A stretch of DNA of 64,000 nt from Candidatus Magasanikiibacteriota bacterium (GTDB taxonomy: Bacteria > Patescibacteriota > Patescibacteriia > Magasanikbacterales > UBA922), in assembly GCA_021648085.1 (NCBI GenBank), contig JAKITS010000001.1:618759-682758 (forward strand). The letters run 5' to 3'. The position numbers and the translations under genes are program-made. Positions 51,204 through 63,505 of this stretch are shown here, piece by piece. Each line of letters starts with the position of its first letter. Position 1 is the first letter of the stretch. The notes beneath the pieces were generated by a model. The model saw only the letters and a program-made list of their open reading frames with translations. It was not told where the DNA came from and did not search any database.

Positions 51204-51494
51204 ATGTCTAAACAGCTCTGTAGGCAATGCGAACAAAGACCTGCTGGTCTACGAAAGAAAAATAGAATTATCAGAAATAGAGGTTTTGATCTTTGTCAAG
51301 CTTGTGAAGACAGGAACAAAGCTAAAGACAAAGTGCACAAACCTAAATACTCAAAAAGAAAGCCCATTATTGAAACTCTGGACCCAAGTGATTTTGAAGC
51401 AGATAGGATAAGATTTTCAAATGGAATACTTCCAGTTGAAACATATAGGATAGAGTATTTAAATAGACGACGTGTTAAATATATTTATATTTAG
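51204..51494 (+). CDS. Hypothetical basic protein with CxxC...CxxC (SD-led ORFan)
   Basis: TTGACA-17-TATTAT, GGGAG SD; CRQC and CQAC; terminator at 51523-51552. Confidence 0.65.
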   Translation: MSKQLCRQCEQRPAGLRKKNRIIRNRGFDLCQACEDRNKAKDKVHKPKYSKRKPIIETLDPSDFEADRIRFSNGILPVETYRIEYLNRRRVKYIYI

Positions 51495-51753
51495 AAAATC
51501 AAATCTATATAAATATATTCCACAAAACCATCTAAAATGAGGTGGTTTTTTTATTTTTACTCAAAAAAGCTTGACAAATGCACAAAAAAATGATAATATC
51601 CTCTAATCATTACTTGAGTTATAAAAGGCAATTAATTAGTTAATTCTCTTTTAAAGCTCAGGTGAGTTTTATATAGTAATTGATTTGCTGGAAATCTTTT
51701 ATTATTTAGTGCCCTTTTAAAAAACCAGCAAAAATCTTTTAAGGAGATTTAAA

Positions 51754-52782
51754 ATGAGTGAGATTGAAACTTTGAAATCTTTTGACGAGGCTGTTAAATT
51801 TGTTGTCCAGCGTTGGCTGGACATTGGAGGGGTAAAAGTTTCGAACTGGGACTTCAAAACCCAGTTCGAGTGTAGTTCCAAAGGCTGTGACTTCACAGCC
51901 AGCGTCACACAAAAATTTTTTGGTGAAGGCCTAAAAAAAGGTCTTTACAAAATATGGATCGATGTACTTGAAAACAAGTATGTTTGTCAGTACCACGCGC
52001 ATCAGGCTCGCGTGGCAAAAAAAGAGGATATTTTGAGGGGAAACCCTGAAATGTCCGACAAAGAAGCTTGGGGATCAACAGGAGTGGTTGCCGTGCCACT
52101 CATAAAGGTCTTCAAGGCCTTTCAAATGGCCGCAGATGGGGACTTCGAGCAGTCCGTAAAGGACATGCTCGAAGAAGATGTGACTTGCATCCTCTCCGTG
52201 CTGGCTGGGGAGCCAAAAAATATCCCCAGAAAAGAGGGGGTATTCCTGAAACTCGAAAGTCTCGAGTTTCTAGCAGAGGAGTTTAGACTTGAACTTGAAA
52301 AAGTCAAGTCTGAACTCACAGATGAAGAGCTAGAAGAGCTCGACGAAGAAGATGACCTTAGCGAACTCGGAAAAGAGTTTGTAAGGTTGAACGAAATCGT
52401 CGGGCTTGCAGAAAAGCTCATGGAGATCCTGGAAAAACTGGGTGAGCCATATCGGTACATCCAAGCCGGTGCAAAAGAAGCGCTGGCGGGAATTCTAGAG
52501 ATCACCGAAAGGGGAGCATTTTGGGTGGGTAAAGAACGGCGACAGCTGTTTTACCATCCAAACCAAGCAGTCCGGTACTACCTTGAAGGTAGACGGATGC
52601 GGAAATCTCCGCAAAAGAAAAGTTTCGAAAAGACAACAGGGATTGACCTGTCGTCTTTCCGAGGTGGGGACAAACCACTCTCGGCATCCATCTTTGAACA
52701 CATCAAAGATGGATATAAAACAAAAGGTCGGCGCACAAGCCGACAAAAACGGATGGGAGGAAAGAAGAACACTCACCAATAA
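51754..52782 (+). CDS. Hypothetical protein with elevated GC (SD-led ORFan)
   Basis: TTGACA-17-TAATAT at 51571, AAGGAG SD; acidic centre, basic tail. Confidence 0.8.
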   Translation: MSEIETLKSFDEAVKFVVQRWLDIGGVKVSNWDFKTQFECSSKGCDFTASVTQKFFGEGLKKGLYKIWIDVLENKYVCQYHAHQARVAKKEDILRGNPEMSDKEAWGSTGVVAVPLIKVFKAFQMAADGDFEQSVKDMLEEDVTCILSVLAGEPKNIPRKEGVFLKLESLEFLAEEFRLELEKVKSELTDEELEELDEEDDLSELGKEFVRLNEIVGLAEKLMEILEKLGEPYRYIQAGAKEALAGILEITERGAFWVGKERRQLFYHPNQAVRYYLEGRRMRKSPQKKSFEKTTGIDLSSFRGGDKPLSASIFEHIKDGYKTKGRRTSRQKRMGGKKNTHQ

Positions 52783-52826
52783 CAATCATAGATCACACCT
52801 AACGAAAGTGGTGTGATCCACAACCA

Positions 52827-52862
52827 AACCCCACGCTTAATATAAGTAGCGTGGGGTTTTTT
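52827..52862 (+). terminator. Intrinsic terminator
   Basis: aaaccccacgct...agcgtggggtttttt. Confidence 0.85.
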
Positions 52863-52904
52863 CTTTTAATTAGTTAAATTATTTGTTTATATGTTTTCCT
52901 TCTA

Positions 52905-52990
52905 CCATCTTTAGCTTAATTAGGGATTTAGGGTTTATTTCACAGTTCTATTTTGTAGACCACAGATTCCAAGTCAAGCTGAGAATGACA
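52905..52990. repeat. REP/RPE-like palindromic element, copy 2 (left arm degenerate)
   Basis: ccatctttagcttaattagggattta ... agattccaagtcaagctgagaatgaca. Confidence 0.55.
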
Positions 52991-53135
52991 AATTAGAAGT
53001 TTTTTGTCTTATGTTATTTGTATCATACCCAATTTTTTTCTTTCTTAACCTACTTATTTGTCAATCTACTCTTTTTACTCTTGACAAAAAGCATCTAAAA
53101 ATGCTACAATGTTGGCATTACTAAAAATAACTTTT

Positions 53136-53582
53136 ATGAAAAAAGATATTCACCCACAAACATATCCTGTAGTTTTTATTGACACTTCTTGCGGAGAAGA
53201 TTTTATAACAACATCAACAATGACTTCAGACAAAAAAAAAGATATAGATGGAGTAGAACACTTCATTATTAATGTTGAAATTTCATCTGCTTCCCACCCA
53301 TTTTATACTGGTAAACAAATCTTAGTAGACACAGCGCGCCGTGTAGAAAAGTTTGAAGAAAGAATGAAAAAATCTAAAGCTTTGAGCGCTACAAAAAAGA
53401 CTAAGAAAACAAAGAAAGAAGTTGTAGAGGAAGTTGCAAAAGAAGAAAAAACTGAAACTCCAGCAGAAAAGGTTATAGTTGAAGAAGAAAAAGTTGAAAA
53501 AACACCTGAAACAACAAAAAAGGTAGAAGCTGAAGAAAAAGAAGAGATAGAAACTAAAACAACAGAAACTGAAGGAAAATAG
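53136..53582 (+). CDS. rpmE: 50S ribosomal protein L31 type B with long Glu/Lys tail
   Basis: MKKDIHP, VEISSASHPFYTGKQ..VD.ARRVEKF. Confidence 0.93.
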   Translation: MKKDIHPQTYPVVFIDTSCGEDFITTSTMTSDKKKDIDGVEHFIINVEISSASHPFYTGKQILVDTARRVEKFEERMKKSKALSATKKTKKTKKEVVEEVAKEEKTETPAEKVIVEEEKVEKTPETTKKVEAEEKEEIETKTTETEGK

Positions 53583-53681
53583 CAAATTAAAAACCAAAAA
53601 ACAGGTTCTTTTGATACCTGTTTTTTGTTATAATAAAAATAATTAATTCTTAGATCTTAATCCTTAATTCTATTCTAAAAT

Positions 53682-54746
53682 ATGAACGAACGGTACACAA
53701 AAATTAAAGAAAGAAATACACAGCTAGAGCAAGATCTACAAAACCCTGCTATTGTTTGTGATCCCAAAAAACTAAAAGACATATCAAAAGAATACGCAGA
53801 ATTAAAAGAAACAATTGAAAAAATAGATCTTTTGGAAAAATTAACAAATACAATTTCTGAAACAAATAAAATATTAACCTTCGAAACGGATGATGAAATG
53901 ATAGAGATGGCAAAAACAGAATTAGTTGAAGCAAACACAAAAATAGAACAGCTGGACACAGAGTTGGAACTTTTAACAATTCCAAAAAATCCACTGGATA
54001 AAAATGATGTAATTGTAGAAATTCGTGCGGGAGCTGGAGGAGATGAGGCTTCACTTTTTGCTGGAGAATTGATGCGAATGTATATAAAATACTCAGAAAA
54101 TAAAGGTTGGAGATCTGCTTTAATTAGTGAAAGTGCAAACGAAATTGGCGGATACAAAGAAGTTATTTTCTCTATTGAAGGCACAAATGTTTATGCAGAT
54201 ATGAAGCACGAATCTGGAGTTCACAGAGTTCAAAGAGTGCCAGAAACAGAAAAATCTGGGCGTATTCACACATCTACTGCAAGTGTCGCAATACTGCCAG
54301 AAATAGAAGAAACAGAATTTGAAATTGATCCAAAAGATCTGAGAATAGATACTTTTTGTGCTGGTGGAAAAGGTGGGCAAAGTGTAAATACAACTTATAG
54401 CGCCGTACGAATTACACACATTCCTACAAATACAGTAGCTCAATGTCAAGATGAGCGATCTCAACTTCAAAACCGTATCAAAGCTATGAATGTTTTGCGC
54501 GCCAGACTTTACGAAATTGAACAAGAAAGAATTCAATCTGAACTAAAAGAACAAAGACGCGGACAAATTGGAACTGGAGATAGAAGTGAAAAAATCCGCA
54601 CTTATAACTTTCCTCAAGATAGAATTACAGATCATAGAATTCAAAAAAGTTGGAACACTATTCCAAATATTTTAGATGGTGACTTAACTCCAATTCTTAC
54701 AGCACTAAAAGATGCTGAGATGGAAAAACTGAAACAAGAAGGATAA
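53682..54746 (+). CDS. prfA: Peptide chain release factor 1
   Basis: RVPETE (PxT motif), [22 protein letters not shown]. Confidence 0.97.
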   Translation: MNERYTKIKERNTQLEQDLQNPAIVCDPKKLKDISKEYAELKETIEKIDLLEKLTNTISETNKILTFETDDEMIEMAKTELVEANTKIEQLDTELELLTIPKNPLDKNDVIVEIRAGAGGDEASLFAGELMRMYIKYSENKGWRSALISESANEIGGYKEVIFSIEGTNVYADMKHESGVHRVQRVPETEKSGRIHTSTASVAILPEIEETEFEIDPKDLRIDTFCAGGKGGQSVNTTYSAVRITHIPTNTVAQCQDERSQLQNRIKAMNVLRARLYEIEQERIQSELKEQRRGQIGTGDRSEKIRTYNFPQDRITDHRIQKSWNTIPNILDGDLTPILTALKDAEMEKLKQEG

Positions 54747-54776
54747 AATCACTTCGTTTAGATTAGAACAAAAAAA

Positions 54777-54820
54777 CACGTCATATTGAGCGAAACGAAG
54801 TGGAGTCGAAATATGACGTG
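54777..54820. repeat. Stem-loop between prfA and prmC
   Basis: 11-bp stem cacgtcatatt/aatatgacgtg enclosing gagcgaaacgaagtggagtcga. Confidence 0.6.
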
Positions 54821-54846
54821 GGTAGTTTTCTAACTTTTGGCTTTTT

Positions 54847-55680
54847 ATGACAATTTTTCAAACAATTCAAAAATATAAAAACAGTATCGATAAACTCGAT
54901 GCTGACTTGTTATTGGCTTTTGTTTTAGGAAAATCTAGAGAATTTATTGCTACTAACCCAAAACATAAAATTCCCCTGCTTCAAAAAATTAGATTTGCAT
55001 ACTTGGTGAGCAAAAGAAAAGCTGGGTGGAGTGTAGCAGTACTTACAAAACACAAAGAATTTTTTGGATTGGATTTTAAAGTAAATAAAAATGTCCTAAT
55101 CCCCCGCCCTGATACAGAGATAATGGTAGAAAAAGTTTTGGAAATTGTAAATTCAAAAACAACTTTGATAGATGTTGGAACTGGATCTGGTTGTGTTCCA
55201 ATCTCAATTATTAAAAAAGGGCTGTCGATAAATAGTTCATCAAAAAATGTGTTCGCTGTTGATGTTTCCAAAAAAGCCTTAAAAATTGCAAAACAAAATG
55301 CGAACACACATAATGTTAAGATTGCTTTTTTGAAAGGAAATTTACTTTCAATTTTTTCAAAATTACCAGAACAAACAATAATCACAGCAAACCTTCCATA
55401 CCTCACAGAAAAACAATTTCAAGAAGAAAAATCAATTCAAAAAGAACCAAAGTTGGCACTAGTCGCAAAAGAAAGTGGACTTGGACTTTATAGAAAATTG
55501 CTTGAACAAATTAAAGATAAAAAAATACAAAAGCAAAAAATAAATATATTTTTGGAAATAAATCCTGAACAAAAAACCGAACTATCAAAAATAATTAAAA
55601 ATATATTTTCAAATCCAAAAACCCACTTTTACAAAGACCTCTCAAATAGAATTCGGATTGTGAAGATTTCTTTAAAATGA
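54847..55680 (+). CDS. prmC: Release factor glutamine methyltransferase
   Basis: VLIPRPDTE, DVGTGSG, NLPY; follows prfA. Confidence 0.93.
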   Translation: MTIFQTIQKYKNSIDKLDADLLLAFVLGKSREFIATNPKHKIPLLQKIRFAYLVSKRKAGWSVAVLTKHKEFFGLDFKVNKNVLIPRPDTEIMVEKVLEIVNSKTTLIDVGTGSGCVPISIIKKGLSINSSSKNVFAVDVSKKALKIAKQNANTHNVKIAFLKGNLLSIFSKLPEQTIITANLPYLTEKQFQEEKSIQKEPKLALVAKESGLGLYRKLLEQIKDKKIQKQKINIFLEINPEQKTELSKIIKNIFSNPKTHFYKDLSNRIRIVKISLK

Positions 55681-55753
55681 AACTTGACATTTACCTCAAA
55701 AAATGTTAGATTAAGCTTTGTTCTTTTACATCCCACTTAAAAAAGGAGGGGAA

Positions 55754-56701
55754 ATGTCATCCACCACAAAATTATTTAGTAGAAAATTGAATGAATTATT
55801 AGAAATTTTAAATTCTTGCGAAAGCACAGAAGAAGCGGTACAAATAGTAGATAATTTTGATAATCGCCACCAACATCTCCGAATGATAAAACAAGAACAG
55901 TTTGATAGTTTTGATAAACAAGTTCAATCGGCAATTCTAAAAAAGATGGGACTGTGTTGGACTAGTTCTGTTGTATTGAGTGAATTATTAGAAATTTTAA
56001 ATTCTTGCGAAAGCACAGAAGAAGCGGTACAAATAGTAGATAATTTTGATGATTTATACCAATATCTCCGGATGATGAAACAAGAACAGTTTGATAGTTT
56101 TGATAGACAAGTTCAACTGGCAATTCTAAAAAAGATGAGAATTCGTTGGGCCAGTTTTGTGGAAATTGTTGTAGAAAATCCTGGAATAAAAAAACAAGAA
56201 CCAACTCACTTACTCAAATTAATTTATAGGTACTCAACAAAAGACTACTTAACAAAAGAGAGTAAGGTTTATATGGAAAAACCTTTCAAAACACAACTTC
56301 TATGGAATAGGCAATTATTTTTACTATTTTTGTGTGATTGTGCAGAAAGTATTTTGCACTATTTTGAAGAGAGATATCCCGATGATAATAGACCCAGAAA
56401 TACAATTCAAGTGGCTAGGCGTTATGCATTAGGAGAAGCTACCAAAAAAGAACTTTCGGATGCAAGAGAAGAGATAGAAAAAGCAAAAGAAAGAGCGCAC
56501 TGGTACCTTGCAAACTACGCCGCACAAAGCGTATTATATACCGTTTGTCCATGGTGGAGATGTGTATATTACATTGGCTATGTATACAGTAGTACACACA
56601 AACGTATTTTGTTTTCTCCCGAAGATAGATTGTGGGAGTATCTTTCAGGAAAATTTACAGTTGAAGATGCCAGAAAATTATATGGAAGTAAAACTTCCTA
56701 A
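55754..56701 (+). CDS. Protein with tandem 63-aa N-terminal repeats and C-terminal Imm5-like domain
   Basis: CAESILHYFEERYPDDNRPRNTIQVARRYALGE; TTGACA-17-TAGATT, TGTTCTTTTACA, AAAGGAGG. Confidence 0.7.
   Translation: MSSTTKLFSRKLNELLEILNSCESTEEAVQIVDNFDNRHQHLRMIKQEQFDSFDKQVQSAILKKMGLCWTSSVVLSELLEILNSCESTEEAVQIVDNFDDLYQYLRMMKQEQFDSFDRQVQLAILKKMRIRWASFVEIVVENPGIKKQEPTHLLKLIYRYSTKDYLTKESKVYMEKPFKTQLLWNRQLFLLFLCDCAESILHYFEERYPDDNRPRNTIQVARRYALGEATKKELSDAREEIEKAKERAHWYLANYAAQSVLYTVCPWWRCVYYIGYVYSSTHKRILFSPEDRLWEYLSGKFTVEDARKLYGSKTS
55786..56163 (+). repeat. Tandem duplication, 2 x 189 bp
   Basis: Units start at 55786 and 55975 (attga.tgaattattagaaattttaaattcttgcgaaagc...). Confidence 0.92.
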
Positions 56702-56706
56702 AACAC

Positions 56707-56737
56707 AAACCACCGGTTTTAAACCGGTGGTTTTTTT
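56707..56737. terminator. Bidirectional intrinsic terminator
   Basis: aaaccaccggttt-t-aaaccggtggtttttt. Confidence 0.8.
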
Positions 56738-56753
56738 ATTTTCAAGATAAATT

Positions 56754-57884
56754 TTAATTATTTTTAGTTGTAATATCAATATCATCCGGTACAACTTCCA
56801 CCCAAATTTTTCCTGCGTTTAGTTTTATTTCTTTTCCAGATTCATCAAAAAATCTTGTTTTACCACTTAAACTTTCTTTTTCCCAAGTTCCTTTTATCAT
56901 ATTTCCTTTTTGAAAAACAAATGCTTCACCCTCACCAATTGTATAAATTTTTCTTCGTCCCACACCGTCTATTACTTTATTTTTCACTTTTTGGACAATT
57001 ACAGTATCTGCTAAAATCACTTCACCTTCCAAATCTCTTTGTTTTATATTTGACTGATAACGCATAAATTGCCCGTCTACATATTTCCAATCTACTACAA
57101 AAGAAGGATACAAAAATGGAATATTTATCTCACTAATACAATTCCCATCACATTCACTAACTTCTCCAAATTTCCAACCTTCATACTCTACAACATTAGA
57201 AACTTCCCTATCTTCTAAAAAGTTATTCCACAAATCACTAGAAGTATAAGTATTGTGTGGTGCAAGTCTAGCTGGACTCCTCCAAAAATACCAACTTCCA
57301 AAAAATTCATTTAAATCAAACACTTCTCTACTTTTTATCAAATCCAGTGCTTCTGGCGACCCACCAACATGCATATAAAGCATATCACCATATTCTTCAG
57401 ACCAGTCTAAAAAGTATGGTCTTGCGCTTCTCACTGGTCCTATTTTTTCCACTTCTGCCGATACAAGAAATAATGCAAAATATCGAGTATATCCACCTTC
57501 TACAGGAACCTCGTAAACAACAGAAGCTTTAGACATTCCAGACTGTGGTCTTGCATCTGGATGATTGTCTATCATAATACCTACTACTTGCTTACCCACC
57601 TCTTCTTCGCTTTCTTCTATGCAAACCCCGTCCAAAATATCTCTTTTTATACACTCTTCACCCTTCTCTTCTACAACCTCTTCTATCAAATCATCTATAA
57701 AAACATTATTTGCATTATTAATTTTAGCCAAATACCCCAAACCAAACCAAACTAAAAGTACAAATCCTACTAAAAATCCTACTATTGCCAAAAAATAAAT
57801 GTAAGCCACCTCATCTACTTTATTTTTTTTCTTTTTTAGCTTTTTAATTTTCTTTTTTATTTTTCCTTTATCTATTTCTTTCAT
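56754..57884 (-). CDS. DUF3048 domain protein (YerB-like)
   Basis: MIDNHPDARPQSG, VEGGYTR, GPVRSARPY, HVGGS, APHN. Confidence 0.9.
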   Translation of the reverse strand: MKEIDKGKIKKKIKKLKKKKNKVDEVAYIYFLAIVGFLVGFVLLVWFGLGYLAKINNANNVFIDDLIEEVVEEKGEECIKRDILDGVCIEESEEEVGKQVVGIMIDNHPDARPQSGMSKASVVYEVPVEGGYTRYFALFLVSAEVEKIGPVRSARPYFLDWSEEYGDMLYMHVGGSPEALDLIKSREVFDLNEFFGSWYFWRSPARLAPHNTYTSSDLWNNFLEDREVSNVVEYEGWKFGEVSECDGNCISEINIPFLYPSFVVDWKYVDGQFMRYQSNIKQRDLEGEVILADTVIVQKVKNKVIDGVGRRKIYTIGEGEAFVFQKGNMIKGTWEKESLSGKTRFFDESGKEIKLNAGKIWVEVVPDDIDITTKNN

Positions 57885-57966
57885 ATAACTTTATTTTACC
57901 TGATTTAACCAAAAATACAAGAGCAGACCTATGCAGATCTGCTCTTTTTTATTTGTATTTTTTGTT

Positions 57967-58650
57967 TTATTTTTCCGACTCTTCTTTCTTTTCTCCTGCC
58001 TTTACATCAGCCTCAACCTCACCTTCTTCTTTCTTTTCTCCTTCCACCTTTATATCTTCTATGGATGTAGTTTCAGCATCATCTTGTGCCTTTAATTGCT
58101 CTTCTGACAGCGGTGCTGTTACTGATAATACTACAGCTTCCAAATCTTCCGAAACAGTAATTCCATTTGGAAGTTTTACATCTGAAACACGAATCACATC
58201 TTCAAAAGTTGCAAGCGGTGACATATCAACTTCAATTTCTCCAACCAAATCTTTCGGCAAACAAGTAACATTCAAGTTTTCTAATCCTTTGTTCAAAGTA
58301 CCACCCATCTTCACAGCTGATGACTCTCCAACAAAGTTCAAAGAAATTTCAGTATTAATTTCCACTCCCATAGGAATTTGACGAAAATCCACATGTTGCA
58401 CATCGCGTGTCACAACATTAATTTGAATATCTTGGATTAAAACACTGAAAGTTTTTCCCCCTTCAATTGCAAGCTCTACAAGGTTTGATCCAGCACCTCT
58501 ATATACCTTAAGAAATTCATTACGGTCCACAATAATTGAAATAGCTTCAACCTCTGGTCCATACAAAACAGCAGGAACTAAAAGTTGTTCACGAATCTCA
58601 TTTAAATTTTTACCAGCCTCTCTAGGCTTTGCAGTAATGGAAAATGTCAT
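57967..58650 (-). CDS. rplY: 50S ribosomal protein L25 / Ctc
   Basis: VPAVLYG, QHVDF, GESSAVKMGG, CLPKDL. Confidence 0.93.
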   Translation of the reverse strand: MTFSITAKPREAGKNLNEIREQLLVPAVLYGPEVEAISIIVDRNEFLKVYRGAGSNLVELAIEGGKTFSVLIQDIQINVVTRDVQHVDFRQIPMGVEINTEISLNFVGESSAVKMGGTLNKGLENLNVTCLPKDLVGEIEVDMSPLATFEDVIRVSDVKLPNGITVSEDLEAVVLSVTAPLSEEQLKAQDDAETTSIEDIKVEGEKKEEGEVEADVKAGEKKEESEK

Positions 58651-58652
58651 AT

Positions 58653-58994
58653 CTAACCAATTAACGATTTAATAAATAGGGACTGTTTATTTTCTAATAG
58701 TTCATGAAAATTTAACAAGTCGTCTTCTGTAATTACATTTTTTAACAAAAACTTTTGCATATCTTTTAGAACCAAATCTGTAATAATTCCAATAGAGCTT
58801 ACACCCAATTGAGAAATTACCAATAAAACTAAAACTGCATTTTCACAATTATCACAAGTGATATGTATCAAATGTGCCTCGTTTTGTTTTTGTACTATTT
58901 TTGCCTTTTCTACTATGTAATCTTGCTTACATAGAGGACAATGTTTCATCAATCTTAATGCTTCATTAAGAGGATTTTTTGAAGAAAACTTCAT
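58653..58994 (-). CDS. Hypothetical zinc-ribbon protein
   Basis: HCPLC ... HITCDNC. Confidence 0.75.
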   Translation of the reverse strand: MKFSSKNPLNEALRLMKHCPLCKQDYIVEKAKIVQKQNEAHLIHITCDNCENAVLVLLVISQLGVSSIGIITDLVLKDMQKFLLKNVITEDDLLNFHELLENKQSLFIKSLIG

Positions 58995-59122
58995 AATTTT
59001 AATTTCATACTATCTAACAATATTACACCTGAACAATTGTATAGATGCAAGACTCTTAGTGGGCATACTATAACATCTAACAAAGAAAAAGTCAAGAATA
59101 ATAGTGTGTTTATTACTTTTTT

Positions 59123-60241
59123 TTAAAACTCAAAACTACTACTTATATTCAACGACCTGACAATACTTTGTATCAAACCTATTAATAAAAAATTAATTAT
59201 GAGGGATGAGCCCCCATAACTTAAAAAAGGGAGTGTGACACCTGTTACTGGTAAAATTCCAGTTGCAGCACCTATATTTACAACTATTTGAACCAAAAAT
59301 AAAATAGCTACACCTAAGATTACAAAAGTGGAAAAATCATCGTCACACTCACTAGCAAGCCAAACTAGGCGTAAAATTAATGCTAAAAATAATCCCATTA
59401 CTAAAAATACCCCAATAAAACCAAGTTCTTCTGCAATTACAGAAAAAATAAAATCTGTCTGAGCTTCTGGTAAAAAATGAAGTTGGCTTTGTGAGCCAAA
59501 ACCTAAACCACGCCCAAAAAAACCACCTGAACCAATAGCAATTGTAGATTGTATTACATTGTAACCAGAACCCAAAGGATCACGAGATGGATCTAAAAAA
59601 GTCATTAACCTTTCTTTTTGATAATCTTTAAAAAGAAAAGACCACCCAAAAATAAAACTAGACAATACAATTCCTATCAAAATAATAATGTGCAATTTTT
59701 TTGTTCTAGTTAAAAATAATAAACCCAACCAAACACCCACCAAAACAGAAGCAGAGCCAAGATCTGGCTGAAGTAAAATAAAGCCAACCAACAAGAAAAC
59801 TGCAGAACCACTAGAAGCAATAAATTGCCATTTTTCAAAACCTCTACCCTGCCTGGAAATCCACCAACCCATCCAAACAATTAAAGCAAACTTTGCAAAC
59901 TCTGCAGGCTGAAAAGAAAAACCAGCAAACCGATACCAACCAGTAGTTCCTCTAATGTTAACACCTAAAAACAAAACTGAAATGAGCAAAATCAATGCTA
60001 AAATGTATATCCATTTTGCACCTGCAAAAAATATAGTACTGTGCAATCTACCAACAATAAACAAAATAGAAATTCCTAAAACAAAAGAAATAAGCTGGTT
60101 TGGTACATAAACTAAACTAAGTCCTTTTGACAAATCTACACTATAAATTGCAGCAAATCCAATCGCTGTTATTGTTACCACTAAAATAATAGTCACCCAA
60201 TCGTAACCCCGCATTAATGATGTCTTCCTTAAAAATCTCAT
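59123..60241 (-). CDS. rodA: SEDS peptidoglycan glycosyltransferase RodA
   Basis: QPAEFAK, LQPDLG, GYNVIQSTIAIGSGG, LPEAQTDFIF, PFLSYGGSS. Confidence 0.92.
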   Translation of the reverse strand: MRFLRKTSLMRGYDWVTIILVVTITAIGFAAIYSVDLSKGLSLVYVPNQLISFVLGISILFIVGRLHSTIFFAGAKWIYILALILLISVLFLGVNIRGTTGWYRFAGFSFQPAEFAKFALIVWMGWWISRQGRGFEKWQFIASSGSAVFLLVGFILLQPDLGSASVLVGVWLGLLFLTRTKKLHIIILIGIVLSSFIFGWSFLFKDYQKERLMTFLDPSRDPLGSGYNVIQSTIAIGSGGFFGRGLGFGSQSQLHFLPEAQTDFIFSVIAEELGFIGVFLVMGLFLALILRLVWLASECDDDFSTFVILGVAILFLVQIVVNIGAATGILPVTGVTLPFLSYGGSSLIINFLLIGLIQSIVRSLNISSSFEF

Positions 60242-60313
60242 AATTTTATGATAGTTTTCTATACTACCACAAGAAAAAGAATTAAATAAATACCTAATTC
60301 TTAACTTACAAGG

Positions 60314-61219
60314 CTATTCACCGGGGTTCATATAAGAATTATCTTCAAAAATATCCAACAAATAATGAAGTTTAACCTCTCTCACATTACTTGTTTGTAT
60401 AAAACTTCTCAAATCAATATGCTCCATATCTCCAGACCTAAACTGAGATAAAGTTAGAGGAATATAACCAACAGTCTGATCACCATTTAAAAGCTCTACA
60501 ACAAATAGTGGCTCCCAGAATCCATAAGCAGAATTGTTTATAATATCAAATTCAATTCTGTTTACTGGAACTGCATTTTCCACCAAACTTCCTCTAGTGA
60601 AATTAAAATTCTCTACAAAAAAATCTGTCCTACTTGATACAAATCCAATTGGATCTGTAGAAATGTGAGGCCCAACCCTCTTCCACTCTATATTTTCTAC
60701 AACCAACCTAACATTTGTAGGAAAAACCACAGAACTTAACCCAAAATAAATAACTGGGGACTCTGTGTTTGGCAATACAATAACACTTCTACTGTCTGTT
60801 TCTCCTCCGGAGAATAAAAATTTATAAGTTATTTTAGCTCCCCACATTTTATTTGGATTTGCAACTTTAGCAGTTAGGTCGTATTTTTCTTCTGCACTTC
60901 TAAATACTTTTGTGCCAGAGACTCTAAAATTTGATGCTGAATAAATTGGTTGCAAATTTGTGTAATTTTGAAACAAAACTGTTTGTTCCACAAGTTGATT
61001 TCTATCTACCCAATAATCATAAGATAGATATTTAACCCAGCCAAACAAACCGAAACCTAAAAATACAACGCAAAAAGAAACCAAAATACCAATTCCGATT
61101 TTTCTAAGTAAAATTCTGTGGGCAACAAACCACTGTGCCAACACAAGCTTTCTACTTGATATTTCTTCTCCTCCACCGCCATTATAGCGATAAATATCTG
61201 ACTTTTCTTTTTGAAACAT
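60314..61219 (-). CDS. Hypothetical single-TM protein
   Basis: 301-aa ORF, one TM, beta-rich C-terminal region. Confidence 0.75.
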   Translation of the reverse strand: MFQKEKSDIYRYNGGGGEEISSRKLVLAQWFVAHRILLRKIGIGILVSFCVVFLGFGLFGWVKYLSYDYWVDRNQLVEQTVLFQNYTNLQPIYSASNFRVSGTKVFRSAEEKYDLTAKVANPNKMWGAKITYKFLFSGGETDSRSVIVLPNTESPVIYFGLSSVVFPTNVRLVVENIEWKRVGPHISTDPIGFVSSRTDFFVENFNFTRGSLVENAVPVNRIEFDIINNSAYGFWEPLFVVELLNGDQTVGYIPLTLSQFRSGDMEHIDLRSFIQTSNVREVKLHYLLDIFEDNSYMNPGE

Positions 61220-61299
61220 AATATAAAAAAGTTAATTTAATTATACACCAAAAATGTTCTAAATAACAGTACGCACTCTTGTGTTATATAGTTATATAG

Positions 61300-63381
<2,082 letters not shown>

Positions 63382-63505
63382 ATAAAAAAATATTTAAAAT
63401 AAAAAATGTAGGAATAAAAACCTGCATTTTTTATTGACTTTTTTATTAAATAATGTTAATATTCTTTGTCGCGTAATTTCACGCTGACAAAAAAGGAGAG
63501 AGAAG

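Noticed and set aside
55786-56163. Diversity-generating retroelement template/variable repeat pair
   Set aside because: Differences are not adenine-specific, the copies are in-frame tandem, and no reverse transcriptase is present.
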